NCBI GenBank assembly: GCA_963832985.1
Contig: CAWHWG010000001.1
Span: 221,271-285,270 of the forward strand
Direction: 5' to 3'
DNA: 64,000 bases
Source of the DNA: Rubricoccaceae bacterium
GTDB taxonomy: Bacteria > Bacteroidota > Rhodothermia > Rhodothermales > Rubricoccaceae
Shown: positions 21,436-31,247 of the stretch, one piece after another
Layout of the letters: each line of letters starts with the position of its first letter
How positions within the stretch are numbered: the stretch's first letter is position 1
Made by a program: the position numbers and the translations under genes
Notes under the pieces: model-generated
The model's database searches: none
Told to the model about the DNA's origin: nothing
The model's input: only the letters and a program-made list of their open reading frames with translations

Positions 21436-23310
21436 ATGCGCTTCCTCCTCCTGACGGCTGCCGTCGCGTTCGCCGCGTCGGCCACGGCCCAACCCACGTT
21501 CCGGCTCACCGACCCCGCGCTCTTCCTCGACGACGCCCGCGTGCTTACCACCGGGGCCCCGCTCGTCCAGAGCCCATTCGGGATTCTGTCGATCGCCGTG
21601 CCGGGCCAAGGGACCTTCACCGTGTCTGACCGCCCGTTCGAAGGCGCCGCCCGCGCAGGACTGTTTGACGGCGAAGGGCTGTTCTTCCACGCGGGGGGCC
21701 GCGACATCCGCCTGGTGTCCCGGAGACCGATCCTGTCCGAGACGGGACCCGTCACGGCCTACGCCCAGTTTGTCCCGTCGCGCGTTCGGCGGGCTCGAGG
21801 GCTGGCACAGCTGTCCGTCGCCGAGGCTGTGGATGGACGCGGACGCCGCAGTATGGATCAGCAGCCTGTCGTTGTCGCGTCGGGACCGGTTTCTAGCGTC
21901 GGCGACCGTCCGGCCCGCCGAGCGCTGACTCGAATGGACCGCCAGGAGCGCAACGTCCGCAACGCAACCGCCGACCGTCCAGCCGCCCGATACCTCCGCG
22001 ACGACGAGGCCCGCCGCCTCGCTCGCCAGGTGGACCTCGCCGAGACTGACCGCAACCGCTTGGCAATGGAGCGCGACCGAGTCGCCCGGACACAGGGCTG
22101 GAACGCGCCGGTCGTCCAGCGGACGTCGATGACTCGAACCTCCTCGGCAGATCCTGTCCCGGCGCTTCTCGCCACCCAGCGCGGCCTCGAGGCCGACCGC
22201 AACCGCATCGCCCTCGAGCGCGACCAACTCGTTGCGTCCCTCGGCCGGACGGAGGCCGAGCGAGACCGCTTGGCCGCCGAGTTCTCGGCGCTCCGCGCCC
22301 GAGCTGAGGCCGCCGAGGCGCAGGCCTCGAGGGCGGGCCGCACCCGCAGCGACTTCGAGCGCGTCGAGGCCGAGGTCGTGCGTCTCCGCGCCGAGCAGTC
22401 CGACCTTCGCTCTCAGATCGAAACACGCGACCGCGCCATCGTCACGCTGTCGTCGGAGACGCGGGACCGGAGCAGCCGCATCCCCGCCCTCGAGGCCGAG
22501 ATCGCGTCGCTCAGCATGCAGCTCGCGGACGCCGTCGCCGCTCGGGACCGCGCGATCGCCGACCGTAACGAGGCCTACGCCCAGCGTGACCGAGCGCTTC
22601 TCAACCGAGATGCGGCCATCGCGATGTCCGACCAGCTCCGCGTGGATCTCGCGGACGCTCGCGCCACGCCGTCCCTCGACCTCTCGGCCGAGCGCGCCGC
22701 CCTCGACCGGGACCGCCGTCTGCTCGAGGCCGACCGCGCCGCCCTCGCCGCCGAGCGCGCCACCCTCGAGGACGCCGTCCGCCGGTCGTCCGCCGACGCC
22801 GACATCCTGGCCGACCGGCAAGACCTGCTGGCCGAGCTCTCCGCCGCCCAGGCCGACCGGGAGGCCCTGATCGCGGAGCGCTCCGCCCTGATCACCGAGC
22901 GCGACCGCCTCGCCGCCGCCCTCGAGGCTCGGTCCGACGCGGCCCTCCCGATGCCGCCCGCGCCGGTCGCAGGCACGACCATTCGTGAGGCGGGACCGGA
23001 AGGCGCCCTCGCATTCCTCCCCGGCTTCGACTTTGCCCGACTTGAGAACCCCGACGTCATCCGCCGCCGGCTCGACGAGGCCGAGTACCCGCGCTGGGCG
23101 ACGGTCGGCCGCATCGAGGGCGACGTGCTGGTCCTGTTCCAGGCTGACCGCAACGGCCGCGTCGTCCGAACCGCCGTCCCGACCCCCATCGGCGGCGGCC
23201 TCGATGCCCTCGCCGAGGAGATCGTTCGCGAGATGCGGTTTGACCCGCCGGTCGTCGATGGGCAGCCGACCGGCCTTCGCTCTCAGGTCGTCGTCCGCTT
23301 CGAGCTGTAG
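21436..23310 (+). CDS. Secreted long coiled-coil protein with C-terminal TonB domain
   Basis: Signal peptide ATA-Q, heptad-rich A/E/R middle, C-terminal YPRWA..GRIEGDVLVLF..DRNGRV...MRFDPPVVDGQP...VVRFEL. Confidence 0.75.
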   Translation: MRFLLLTAAVAFAASATAQPTFRLTDPALFLDDARVLTTGAPLVQSPFGILSIAVPGQGTFTVSDRPFEGAARAGLFDGEGLFFHAGGRDIRLVSRRPILSETGPVTAYAQFVPSRVRRARGLAQLSVAEAVDGRGRRSMDQQPVVVASGPVSSVGDRPARRALTRMDRQERNVRNATADRPAARYLRDDEARRLARQVDLAETDRNRLAMERDRVARTQGWNAPVVQRTSMTRTSSADPVPALLATQRGLEADRNRIALERDQLVASLGRTEAERDRLAAEFSALRARAEAAEAQASRAGRTRSDFERVEAEVVRLRAEQSDLRSQIETRDRAIVTLSSETRDRSSRIPALEAEIASLSMQLADAVAARDRAIADRNEAYAQRDRALLNRDAAIAMSDQLRVDLADARATPSLDLSAERAALDRDRRLLEADRAALAAERATLEDAVRRSSADADILADRQDLLAELSAAQADREALIAERSALITERDRLAAALEARSDAALPMPPAPVAGTTIREAGPEGALAFLPGFDFARLENPDVIRRRLDEAEYPRWATVGRIEGDVLVLFQADRNGRVVRTAVPTPIGGGLDALAEEIVREMRFDPPVVDGQPTGLRSQVVVRFEL

Positions 23311-23316
23311 GCTCGC

Positions 23317-24021
23317 ATGAGCTCTCCTCCCCTCGCGCGACTCCTGATCCTCGGAGCGTCGGGAGCATGCGGCCGGTGGCTGTGCAAGCTTGGCTCTGAA
23401 CGAGGCCACCCGACCCGTGCGCTCGTCCGCTCGGCGACACCCTTCGAGGCCCCAGCCGGCGTCGAGGTCGTCCGAGGACGCGTCCTCGAGGACGGGACTC
23501 TAGACCGCGCCCTCGACGGGTGCGACGTGGTCCTCTCGGCACTGGGAATCAAGCGCGTCCACCCGCTCAACCCGTGGTCGGCCCTCGCCTCACCGCTGGA
23601 CCTCACCACGCGTGTTGCTCAGATGTTGGTCGCACGGATGCCTGAGCACGGACTCAAGCGTGTCATCGCGATCAGCGCGGCGGGCGTCCGCGACAGCCTC
23701 GAGGACGCACACCCTCTCATCCGGTGGATGATCGGGCACAGCAACATGGCAGCCTCCTACGAAGACCTCGCAGGCATGGAAAGCACGTTGGCAGACAGCG
23801 ACCTCGACTGGGCAGCCATCCGCCCTACGACGCTCACCAACGGTGGCCCGACAGGGACGAGCCGTCTCGTCGACCGATACGCCCTGCTCCACCACGCCCG
23901 ACGCGCAGACGTGGCCACATGGATGCTCGACGCCGTCGCGAGACCAACGCTGGGTCCGAAGCGGACTCCAATGCTTGCGTCTGCTGGCCTCCCCTGGCCA
24001 ATGACACGCAGGGAGCAGTAG
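23317..24021 (+). CDS. NAD(P)H-binding protein (flavin reductase/BVR-B-like)
   Basis: LILGASGACGR Rossmann motif, SDLDWAAIRPTTL, RADVA. Confidence 0.85.
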   Translation: MSSPPLARLLILGASGACGRWLCKLGSERGHPTRALVRSATPFEAPAGVEVVRGRVLEDGTLDRALDGCDVVLSALGIKRVHPLNPWSALASPLDLTTRVAQMLVARMPEHGLKRVIAISAAGVRDSLEDAHPLIRWMIGHSNMAASYEDLAGMESTLADSDLDWAAIRPTTLTNGGPTGTSRLVDRYALLHHARRADVATWMLDAVARPTLGPKRTPMLASAGLPWPMTRREQ

Positions 24022-24058
24022 CGAGAAAAGCGGAGCCGGTCCGACCTCGAGGTCGGGC

Positions 24059-24523
24059 CTACGACCGAATGCCGCGTCGCTGGAGCGAGGCCTCGCGCTT
24101 CCCCTCGGCCGTCGTGTGACGATGCGCGTAGGCGCCCAAGATGGTGCCCCAGATGCCCACGTTCATCATCAGCGTGAGCATGATCGCCGCAGAGTCGCCC
24201 CCCGCGAACATGGGCCGGCCTCGAATGCTGGGCCACCCCGCGAGCGCCCACAACGTCGGGAGGAGAGCATAGACCATCGCGCTGGCAATCGTCGGGCGGG
24301 GAACGAGGGTGAATGGGACGCCCCAGAGCGTCCCGATGGCGAGGAAGGCCGCTCCGCCCAGTACGGTCGCCGTCAGCCAGCCGCCTCCAAACACCTCCTG
24401 CCACGCGCCGACGAACGGGGCCTTGGACGTGAGCCCAACCAGAACCAGCAGTCCAAAGATGCCAGCCACCGCGACCGCACCGAGAAAAGCGCCGATGAGG
24501 GTGGACCGAAAGATGGGATGCAT
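24059..24523 (-). CDS. Hypothetical membrane protein (about 4 TM)
   Basis: Hydrophobic 154-aa ORF from MHPIFRST. Confidence 0.6.
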   Translation of the reverse strand: MHPIFRSTLIGAFLGAVAVAGIFGLLVLVGLTSKAPFVGAWQEVFGGGWLTATVLGGAAFLAIGTLWGVPFTLVPRPTIASAMVYALLPTLWALAGWPSIRGRPMFAGGDSAAIMLTLMMNVGIWGTILGAYAHRHTTAEGKREASLQRRGIRS

Positions 24524-24599
24524 GATGCCAGGAGTGATGGAGACCGCGTGCCCGCCAAGCTCGCCCTCGAGGACGGTCGCTGCCGCCAAGAGATGACTC

Positions 24600-25370
24600 C
24601 TACGACCTCGAGGCCAGCCAGTCGGCGTCGTAGCGCTCGAGCAAGTCCCGAAGACCGTCGCGCCAGAGGTCGCGCGTGTCGTCCACCTCGCGGCGCATCC
24701 AGAAGCCGTACGCCGTGTTGGCCTCGTACTTCAACGTCCACTCGTTCCCGACCTCGAGGTCGATCATTGGGAGGAGGCGCTCGCTCGCGTCGGTAAAGGC
24801 GAAGACGGAGGCCTCTGGGTTCGTACCGGCCTCGAGGTGCGCTCCGTAGTCCCGGAAGGGACCAGACTGCAGGCGGCCTGGAAAGCCTCGACGCTCGAGG
24901 TCAGAGGCGGCGAGCCAGTAGATGCGGGCAATCCGCGACACGTGGCGGTCGTAGATCGGCTGGATGAGCGACCGGACGACCGCGCTCTCGCCGGGAACAG
25001 CAGCTCTTGTGACCCAGCGAACGAAGGCAGGGTCGTAGTGTCCAAATTCACCACCCGCGTAGAAATCGAGGTCGACCGCCGTCGCGTTGACTTGGTGAGG
25101 GCCGCTTCGGAACGGGCTCGTCGGAAACTGCGCCGCGAGGGTCTCCACCGGGACCGCCCTGTTGGCGACACACGCCAGGCCCCGGACGCCGAAATGCGAG
25201 TTGTACGACCCGAAGCGCTCCTGGCAGTCGAGGTTCTCCGACCTCGAGGCCTCATCGAGGCCGCTCCACACGTCGATATAGGGCGACTCCACCGACGAAT
25301 CCGCGGCGGGAGTCGGAGCGCTGCAACCAGAAACGGCCAGGGCGACTACAAGAAGGGTACGGGCGAGCAT
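24600..25370 (-). CDS. Hypothetical lipoprotein
   Basis: MLARTLLVVALAVSGC lipobox; aromatic-rich globular domain (FGHYDPAFVRW, GFWMRR). Confidence 0.65.
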   Translation of the reverse strand: MLARTLLVVALAVSGCSAPTPAADSSVESPYIDVWSGLDEASRSENLDCQERFGSYNSHFGVRGLACVANRAVPVETLAAQFPTSPFRSGPHQVNATAVDLDFYAGGEFGHYDPAFVRWVTRAAVPGESAVVRSLIQPIYDRHVSRIARIYWLAASDLERRGFPGRLQSGPFRDYGAHLEAGTNPEASVFAFTDASERLLPMIDLEVGNEWTLKYEANTAYGFWMRREVDDTRDLWRDGLRDLLERYDADWLASRS

Positions 25371-25436
25371 GTCGAGGTCGGTGAGAGTGCCGACAACGCG
25401 TTCGCCCACCCCTTCTGTTTCCCCCCATCCGCAGCC

Positions 25437-25949
25437 ATGTCTGACCAATCCCCCACCGAGCGCCAAGAGCACATCGCCAAGCTTGCAGACTTGATCGATG
25501 ACATCAACATCTGCATGCTGACCACCGTCGACACGGACGGCAAGCCATGGAGCCGGCCGATGGCCACGCAGGACGTCACGTTTGGCGGCGACCTGTGGTT
25601 CTTCACTCGCGACGACTCTGAAAAGGTCGAGCACATCGAGCGCAACCGGAAGGTCGGTGTCACCTTCGCCCACCCCGGCCGCCAGGACTACGTCACGATG
25701 GCCGGCACGGCGCTGATCGTCAAGGACAAGCAGAAGGCCGAGGAGATGTGGTCCGAGCCCCTCAAGGCATGGTTCCCGAAGGGCCTCGAGGACCCGCATC
25801 TTCGCCTCATCAAGATCGAGGCCGAGCGTGCCGAGTACTGGGATTCGCCCTCGAGCCCGGTCGTGTTCGCGCTCGGCTACCTCAAGTCGAAGGTCACAGG
25901 AAAGCCGGCCACGGATCTCGGCGAGAACAAGAAGGTCGACCTGACCTAA
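25437..25949 (+). CDS. Pyridoxamine 5'-phosphate oxidase-like / general stress protein 26
   Basis: CMLTT..SRPMATQ..LWFFT..KAWFPKGLEDP..AEYWDSP. Confidence 0.9.
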   Translation: MSDQSPTERQEHIAKLADLIDDINICMLTTVDTDGKPWSRPMATQDVTFGGDLWFFTRDDSEKVEHIERNRKVGVTFAHPGRQDYVTMAGTALIVKDKQKAEEMWSEPLKAWFPKGLEDPHLRLIKIEAERAEYWDSPSSPVVFALGYLKSKVTGKPATDLGENKKVDLT

Positions 25950-26006
25950 CCAAGAACCGTCCTCGAGGTCGATCTGCCGACCTCGAGGACGTTCAGGCAG
26001 ATTGGT

Positions 26007-26036
26007 ACGGGGATACGAGTTACCCCGTTTTTTCTT
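26007..26036 (+). terminator. Putative intrinsic terminator
   Basis: acgggg-atacgagtta-ccccgt hairpin followed by a T run, downstream of gene 25437..25949. Confidence 0.55.
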
Positions 26037-26174
26037 GAGGAGCGCTGCGACGCGGCCCTTCCGTGGGTCGTCTCGCTGTGTGTCGAGACTGCCTCGCTCC
26101 ACCCGCGTTGCCAATCGGACCCGTTCGTTTCGGGGACGCCTTCGGAGGCACTGAGGTCTGATGCAGTGCGAGTC

Positions 26175-26507
26175 TCAGTCTTCGAGTTGAACGGCGGTTC
26201 CGTACGCCAGCATCTCGGCCATGCCCTGGCCCACCATGCTGGTGGTAAACCGAACGTTGATCACGGCGTCGGCGCCCAGGCTGATCGCGTCCGCCTTCAT
26301 GCGGTCGAGGGCCTCGTCGCGGGCCTCGCGAAGCATCTCGGTGTAGCCCCGGATCTCACCGCCGACGAGTGTCTTGAGTCCGGCCATGACGTCCCGCCCG
26401 AGATGCTTCGCCCGGACGGTGTTGCCGTAGACCACGTCGAGGTGCTCGGTGATCGTCTGGCCGGGAATGTGATCGGCGGACGTGATGGGGATGAGCGTGT
26501 CGAGCAT
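26175..26507 (-). CDS. YbjQ/UPF0145 family protein
   Basis: GRDVMAGLKTLVGGEIRGYTEML..ARDEALDRM..GADAVINVRF..AYGTAV. Confidence 0.92.
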   Translation of the reverse strand: MLDTLIPITSADHIPGQTITEHLDVVYGNTVRAKHLGRDVMAGLKTLVGGEIRGYTEMLREARDEALDRMKADAISLGADAVINVRFTTSMVGQGMAEMLAYGTAVQLED

Positions 26508-26620
26508 GGCGCAGGGGGGCAAGCGAGAGGACGCGACCGCCTACGGCCGGCCTACCGGTTGCGTTGCAGCGCCGTCGGAGAATGGCCGGCGTCCTCGAGG
26601 GCGAGCCTCCCCCGAGCGGT

Positions 26621-27343
26621 CTAGCGCGTCGAGAGGCGAATGTCTCCGAAGTAGGCCGTCGCCGAGTTGCCTGTGTTGTCCGCATCGCTCATAATGGCGA
26701 CTCCCGCGATGGCCGGAGGCGCTTCGCCGAACGCGGCACGGTAGTCGGCCTCGAGGTCGCGGCGCTCGTTGCGCCACGTGCCCAGGTTGGCGGGTCCGCT
26801 CTCGACGGGGATCATGTGGACCCAGTCGGTGAAGGCGTTGGAGACCGGCTGCGTCTCGTTGGCGCGGTTCGCCCAGACGTAGCTGATCGCGCGAACCGGG
26901 ATCTCGTCGTAGCCGAGGGCTCGGAGCGCGCGGTACTTGACGCGGTCGCCGAACGAGAGATCGGCCGGGTCGTAGTCGAACAGGACGTAGATGCGCGCCG
27001 GGTAATCGTCGCCGCCTCGACTGCGGATGTTGCCGCCCTGCACCACGTTGTCCGCCTTCCAGCGCCACGAGAGCATCGGATACCGACCGGTGTCGAGGTT
27101 GAAGCGGCGCACGAGACCGGACGCCGAGGCATTGGCCTGACCACGAACGACCGTCCGCCCACCATCGCGGACCAACGTGTACCGGCTGGCCGGCGCGTTG
27201 CCCAAGTTGAGGGACGTCCATCCGTTGATGCTGCCGCCGGCAGACATGTTCGAGAACGACGCGACGGCGTAGTCCGGAAGCGCAAAGGCGGATAGGGCCA
27301 GCACGGCGGCGGCGGCCAAGAGAGTGATTCGTGAGCGAGTCAT
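26621..27343 (-). CDS. DUF3047 family secreted protein
   Basis: SASGL, LSWRWK, DDYPARIYVLF, ISYVWA, WRNERRDLEADY, AIMSDADNT. Confidence 0.85.
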   Translation of the reverse strand: MTRSRITLLAAAAVLALSAFALPDYAVASFSNMSAGGSINGWTSLNLGNAPASRYTLVRDGGRTVVRGQANASASGLVRRFNLDTGRYPMLSWRWKADNVVQGGNIRSRGGDDYPARIYVLFDYDPADLSFGDRVKYRALRALGYDEIPVRAISYVWANRANETQPVSNAFTDWVHMIPVESGPANLGTWRNERRDLEADYRAAFGEAPPAIAGVAIMSDADNTGNSATAYFGDIRLSTR

Positions 27344-27427
27344 AGTTGTTCAGGGAGGACACCTCTCCAACCTGAGGCGCCCTCGAGACGTTGCCTGGAG
27401 GACGTAGGACAACCGCTCGCCTACCCG

Positions 27428-28103
27428 TCAGTCTGTATCGGTTCTCTCGAACGTCGCCGGAGGCACATCCCCGTCGACCTCGACGCGGTCCAGGCTCAGG
27501 CTCCCCGTTTTGACACCGCTCACGGTCTGCGTCACCTGGTGCGGGACCATGAGGCCGTCGACCTCGCGATAGTCGGAAAGACGGACCGCGATGTAGCTCA
27601 CCACGTCCCCACGCCGCCGCTGCGTCGTCGAGCAGGTCCGGCCGCCCTCTCGCGTTGAGGCCGACCAGGATGTCGTCCTCGAGGTCGTCGATCTCGACGC
27701 GGATCAGGCCGGGCGACAGCTCGGTCGCGAACACCTCGGAGCGACGGGCAACGAGCATGACGGGGTGCAGCCAACTCTCGGCCGCCACGTCGAGAGCCGC
27801 CTCGACGGCGAGCGGCTGATCCTCGCCCTCGATGACGGAAAACGCCTCTCCCCGATTGAGGACGACGGATCGCACGCGGCCGCTGACGCGCACGTCCCAT
27901 CGCATGGCGTCCGGGAAGCGGAGCGTCTGGGTCGACCGGAGCCGGCGGTCCTCGCCCTCGAGGACGACGTCGGCGCGGGCAGACAGGACGAGCGTCTCAA
28001 GCGCGTCCACGCGGTCCTGCCCACCGAGGGCGTCGGCGACGGCGTCCAAGGGCGACTGCGCGGAGGCGGACGCGACGAACAGGAGCAGGAGCGCGGCCCT
28101 CAC
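27428..28103 (-). CDS. Secreted hypothetical protein (frameshift near 27620)
   Basis: Signal peptide ASA-Q, ADALGGQDRVDAL; the C-terminal frame reads SDYREVDGLMVPHQV...TFERTDTD*. Confidence 0.6.
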
Positions 28104-29815
28104 TCGGCCGGCTCGTACAGGACCAAGCCGTCAGGATCGAGGACGACCTCGAGGCCGGAGGCCGCGCTCGACCGTCCCGACACCGCCGGTCATCGGCAGG
28201 CGCGTGCGCTGGCCTCCCACCTCGACCTCGACGGGCACGTCGAAGGTGACGTCCTCGAGGCCGTCGGGCAGCACCCATCGGACGGTGGCGGTGCTGCCGG
28301 AGCGCTCGACAGCGAGACTTGGGACGAGGGGCTGGCGGAGGTAGACCTCGAGGACGTCGGACAGGTCGCGGCCGGCGGCGCGGGACAGCTCGCGGACCAC
28401 GTCCTCCGTCGAGACGAACCGGGCCTGGCGCCCGTCGGTCGTCTGCTCGTCCTGCACCGTCGGGTACAGGATGGAGCGGAGCGCGGCGAAGAACCGTTCG
28501 TCGTTGTCGATCAGGCCGCGCATCGTGTGCAAGATCCAGCCGCCCTTGGAATAGATGTCGCCGTTGGAGCGGCCGTCGGCAAGGCGTACATCTGCTGTGT
28601 CGTCCGCGTCTCGCGAGGCGCGATGGCGATCTCGTTACGGTGTCCTCGACGCGTGTTCTTGAGGTACGCGAGGTAGGCCGCCCGTCCAGCCTCCGGCCCG
28701 TCGCGGCGGCTCGCGATGTCCTCCGCGTAGAGCGACTCGGAGTAGTTCGCGAACGACTCGTGGACCCAGAAGTCGCGCCAATCCGGCGCCGTTCCGAGGT
28801 TGGCCCACCACTCGTGGGCGAGCTCGTGGTAGTGCAGGAAGTCGAACCCGAAGGCGTTGTCTTGAAAGTCCGATCCGTAGGCCACCAGGGTCTGGTGCTC
28901 CATGCCGAGGTACGGCGTGTGGAGGATCTTGTAGCCGTCGCCGCGCCACGCGTATGGGCCGAACGTGCGTTCGAGGAAGTCGAGGTCGCGGAGGAAGCCC
29001 GGCATCTGGCGCTCGGCGTCCTCGACGCGCTCCGGGAGCACGAAAAATGGGACGGTCTGCGTCCACCCATGCGGAGCTCTCGTACTCGGCCTCGACGATC
29101 TCGTAGGGGGCGATGCCGAACGAGACGCCGTAGTTGTTGATCGGCGTCGAGACGAACCAGCGCTCGGTCGGCGGTGCCGTCGCCGTGGTCCTCGCGGCCC
29201 TCCCAGACGCCGTTCGAGATGGCGCGCAGCTCGGACGGTGCACGCAAGGCGATGCGGAGCGAGTCGGTCTCGTCGGACGGGTGGTCCTTGACGGGCCACC
29301 ACAGGTCGGCACCCTGGATCTGGCAGCTCACGGCTACCCACGGACGGCCGTCGGCGGTCTCGGACCAGGTGAACCCACCGTCCCACGGCGGACGAGGCGC
29401 GACGCGAGGCGCCCCTCCGTACGTCACGCGCAGCCTCAGTCCTTGCCCCGGCTGCGCCGTCCGGCCAAGGTCCACGCGAAGCCGGTTGCCCTCTCTCGTG
29501 AACGCACGCGGCAACGCCACCTCGTCGTCCGTCCCTACGAGATAGCCCACTTCTTCGACGCTCGCGACGGTGAAGGGCGAGTCGAGGTCGAACACCACCG
29601 CCGCCGTCGGCTGGACGACGCGCGCCTCGGTGATGACCACGCCCTCGATGGTCCGGTTGTCGATGTCGACGGCGACCTCGAGGTCGATGTACGTCACGTC
29701 AATGGCGGCCTGCTCGGGGAGCAGTGGAAGGCCAGAGTCGTTGGGGAGGGCCTGCGCCGCGACCGACGGGGCGGCGATGACACAGAGCGACGAGGGCAAG
29801 GAGCGAGCGAATCAT
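28100..29815 (-). CDS. M1 family aminopeptidase (several frameshifts)
   Basis: GMEHQT, HELAHEWWAN...W.HESFANY, IYSKGGWILHTMR; signal peptide MIRSLLALVALC. Confidence 0.85.
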
Positions 29816-29918
29816 GGGAGCGGGGCAACGGGCTGGAAACCTACGGCCTCCCCTCCCGCGGGGATACGCCTGCGACGGCGGCGACCTCGAGGTTGAGACT
29901 CCTCCTTCCCCGACGCCC

Positions 29919-30406
29919 ATGCGCACTGTCCTGCTACTCTCCCTGTCCCTCGTCCTTCTTCGCCTGCGATAGCGCCGACGACGACGCTGGAGGTGCAGCC
30001 TGCGCCGCTGCTGGACTCACCGCGACGGGCTCCCTCACCGCGACCGCTGGGGGCGAGTCCTTCAGGGCCGCGTGCGTGAGCGGCCAGATGTCTGGTAGCG
30101 CGCTTGCACTGGCGGGCCTCACGAACATCGACGGCTCTGCGGGCGCCTCCCAGCGGCAGATCAATCTCGACGGTGATCGGGAGTACGCCTGGCGAGTATG
30201 CCATCGGTGGCGTCGGCGCCATCGCGACCTACGCGGACATTGACCTGGCCAATCCTGCACGGCGGGACGTACGCCGGAATCAGCGGCTCCGTCACCCTCG
30301 ACGCTGCCTCGGCGACAGGCGCCAGTGGCTCGTTCTCGTTCCGGCCCGCAACAACGCCGGCCAGACGGTGCAGGTCAGCGGCGGCGAGTTCGACATCACG
30401 TTCTAG
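29919..30406 (+). CDS. Hypothetical lipoprotein, paralogue of 30510..31004 (frameshifts)
   Basis: AC lipobox, GAACAAAG..GSLTAT..C, C-terminus QVSGGEFDITF. Confidence 0.55.
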
Positions 30407-30509
30407 CCGGTCCGACCTCGAGGGCGCACTCAGCGTCCCCATCCGCGACCTCGAGGTCGGCAGCGTGAGGCCCTGTGCGGTACGTTGCCGCATCCCTCCT
30501 CCGACCTCG

Positions 30510-31004
30510 ATGCGCACGCTGATTCCCCTCATCGCCCTCTTTTCGGTCTCGCTGCTCGTTGGCGGGTGCGACACCGTCAGTGACGCCCTCGATGGAGCCG
30601 CCTGCGCCGCGACAGGCTACGCCGACTCTGGAACCGTGGCGGCCACTGTCGGCTCCAGCCGCTACTCGACGCCGTGCGTCCGCGTCGAGGTCGAGGCCGG
30701 AGTGCTCACGATTGCGAGCATCGACGACGTGGTCTCGGACAACAACCAGCGGTTGCTCGCGGTCACGGCGCCCAACGAACTGGGCACCTTTGAGGTCGGC
30801 GAGAGTGCCGCCGCAGGCGTCTACACCTTGCGGGCGGAAGACGCCAGCCAGCAGGCCGACCAGACGTTCGCGTCGGTCTCGGGACGCGTGACCGTCTCGT
30901 CCATCGAGGACGACGCCGCGACCGGCACCTTCTCGTTCGTCGCACGCACGCCCGGCGGCGACGAGGTCCAAGTCACCGCCGGCCGCTTCGACGTCACGTT
31001 CTAG
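30510..31004 (+). CDS. Hypothetical lipoprotein
   Basis: LVGGC lipobox, GAACAATG..GTVAAT..C, C-terminus QVTAGRFDVTF. Confidence 0.7.
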   Translation: MRTLIPLIALFSVSLLVGGCDTVSDALDGAACAATGYADSGTVAATVGSSRYSTPCVRVEVEAGVLTIASIDDVVSDNNQRLLAVTAPNELGTFEVGESAAAGVYTLRAEDASQQADQTFASVSGRVTVSSIEDDAATGTFSFVARTPGGDEVQVTAGRFDVTF

Positions 31005-31050
31005 CGGTCTCGTCCTCGAGGACACACTGGCTCCGCCCTCGAGGACGACT

Positions 31051-31227
31051 CTACCTGACAACTCCCCGGAGCCGCAGCACCATCCACACCACCAGGAGGG
31101 TCATCGCCAGGAGGAGCAAGACGTTCAGCGCCCGCCCGTCGAGAATCGCCGTCCCGACCTCGAGGCCGGCGATGACGACCGCTACCCCAGCGAAAGCGAT
31201 GGACAATTTTCGGTAGCTGTTGGCCAT
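31051..31227 (-). CDS. Small 58-aa two-TM membrane protein (not in the ORF track)
   Basis: Manual translation MANSYRKLSIAFAGVAVVIAGLEVGTAILDGRALNVLLLLAMTLLVVWMVLRLRGVVR*; starts 20 bp after the metG stop. Confidence 0.6.
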   Translation of the reverse strand: MANSYRKLSIAFAGVAVVIAGLEVGTAILDGRALNVLLLLAMTLLVVWMVLRLRGVVR

Positions 31228-31247
31228 AACGCTATCGGGTGGGTTGG

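Noticed and set aside
20569-23409. 946-aa minus-strand ORF and other long antisense ORFs (e.g. 31636..33486, 50922..52703, 8255..9613)
   Set aside because: Shadow ORFs of high-GC genes; the opposite strand carries recognisable proteins, and these have no domain motifs.
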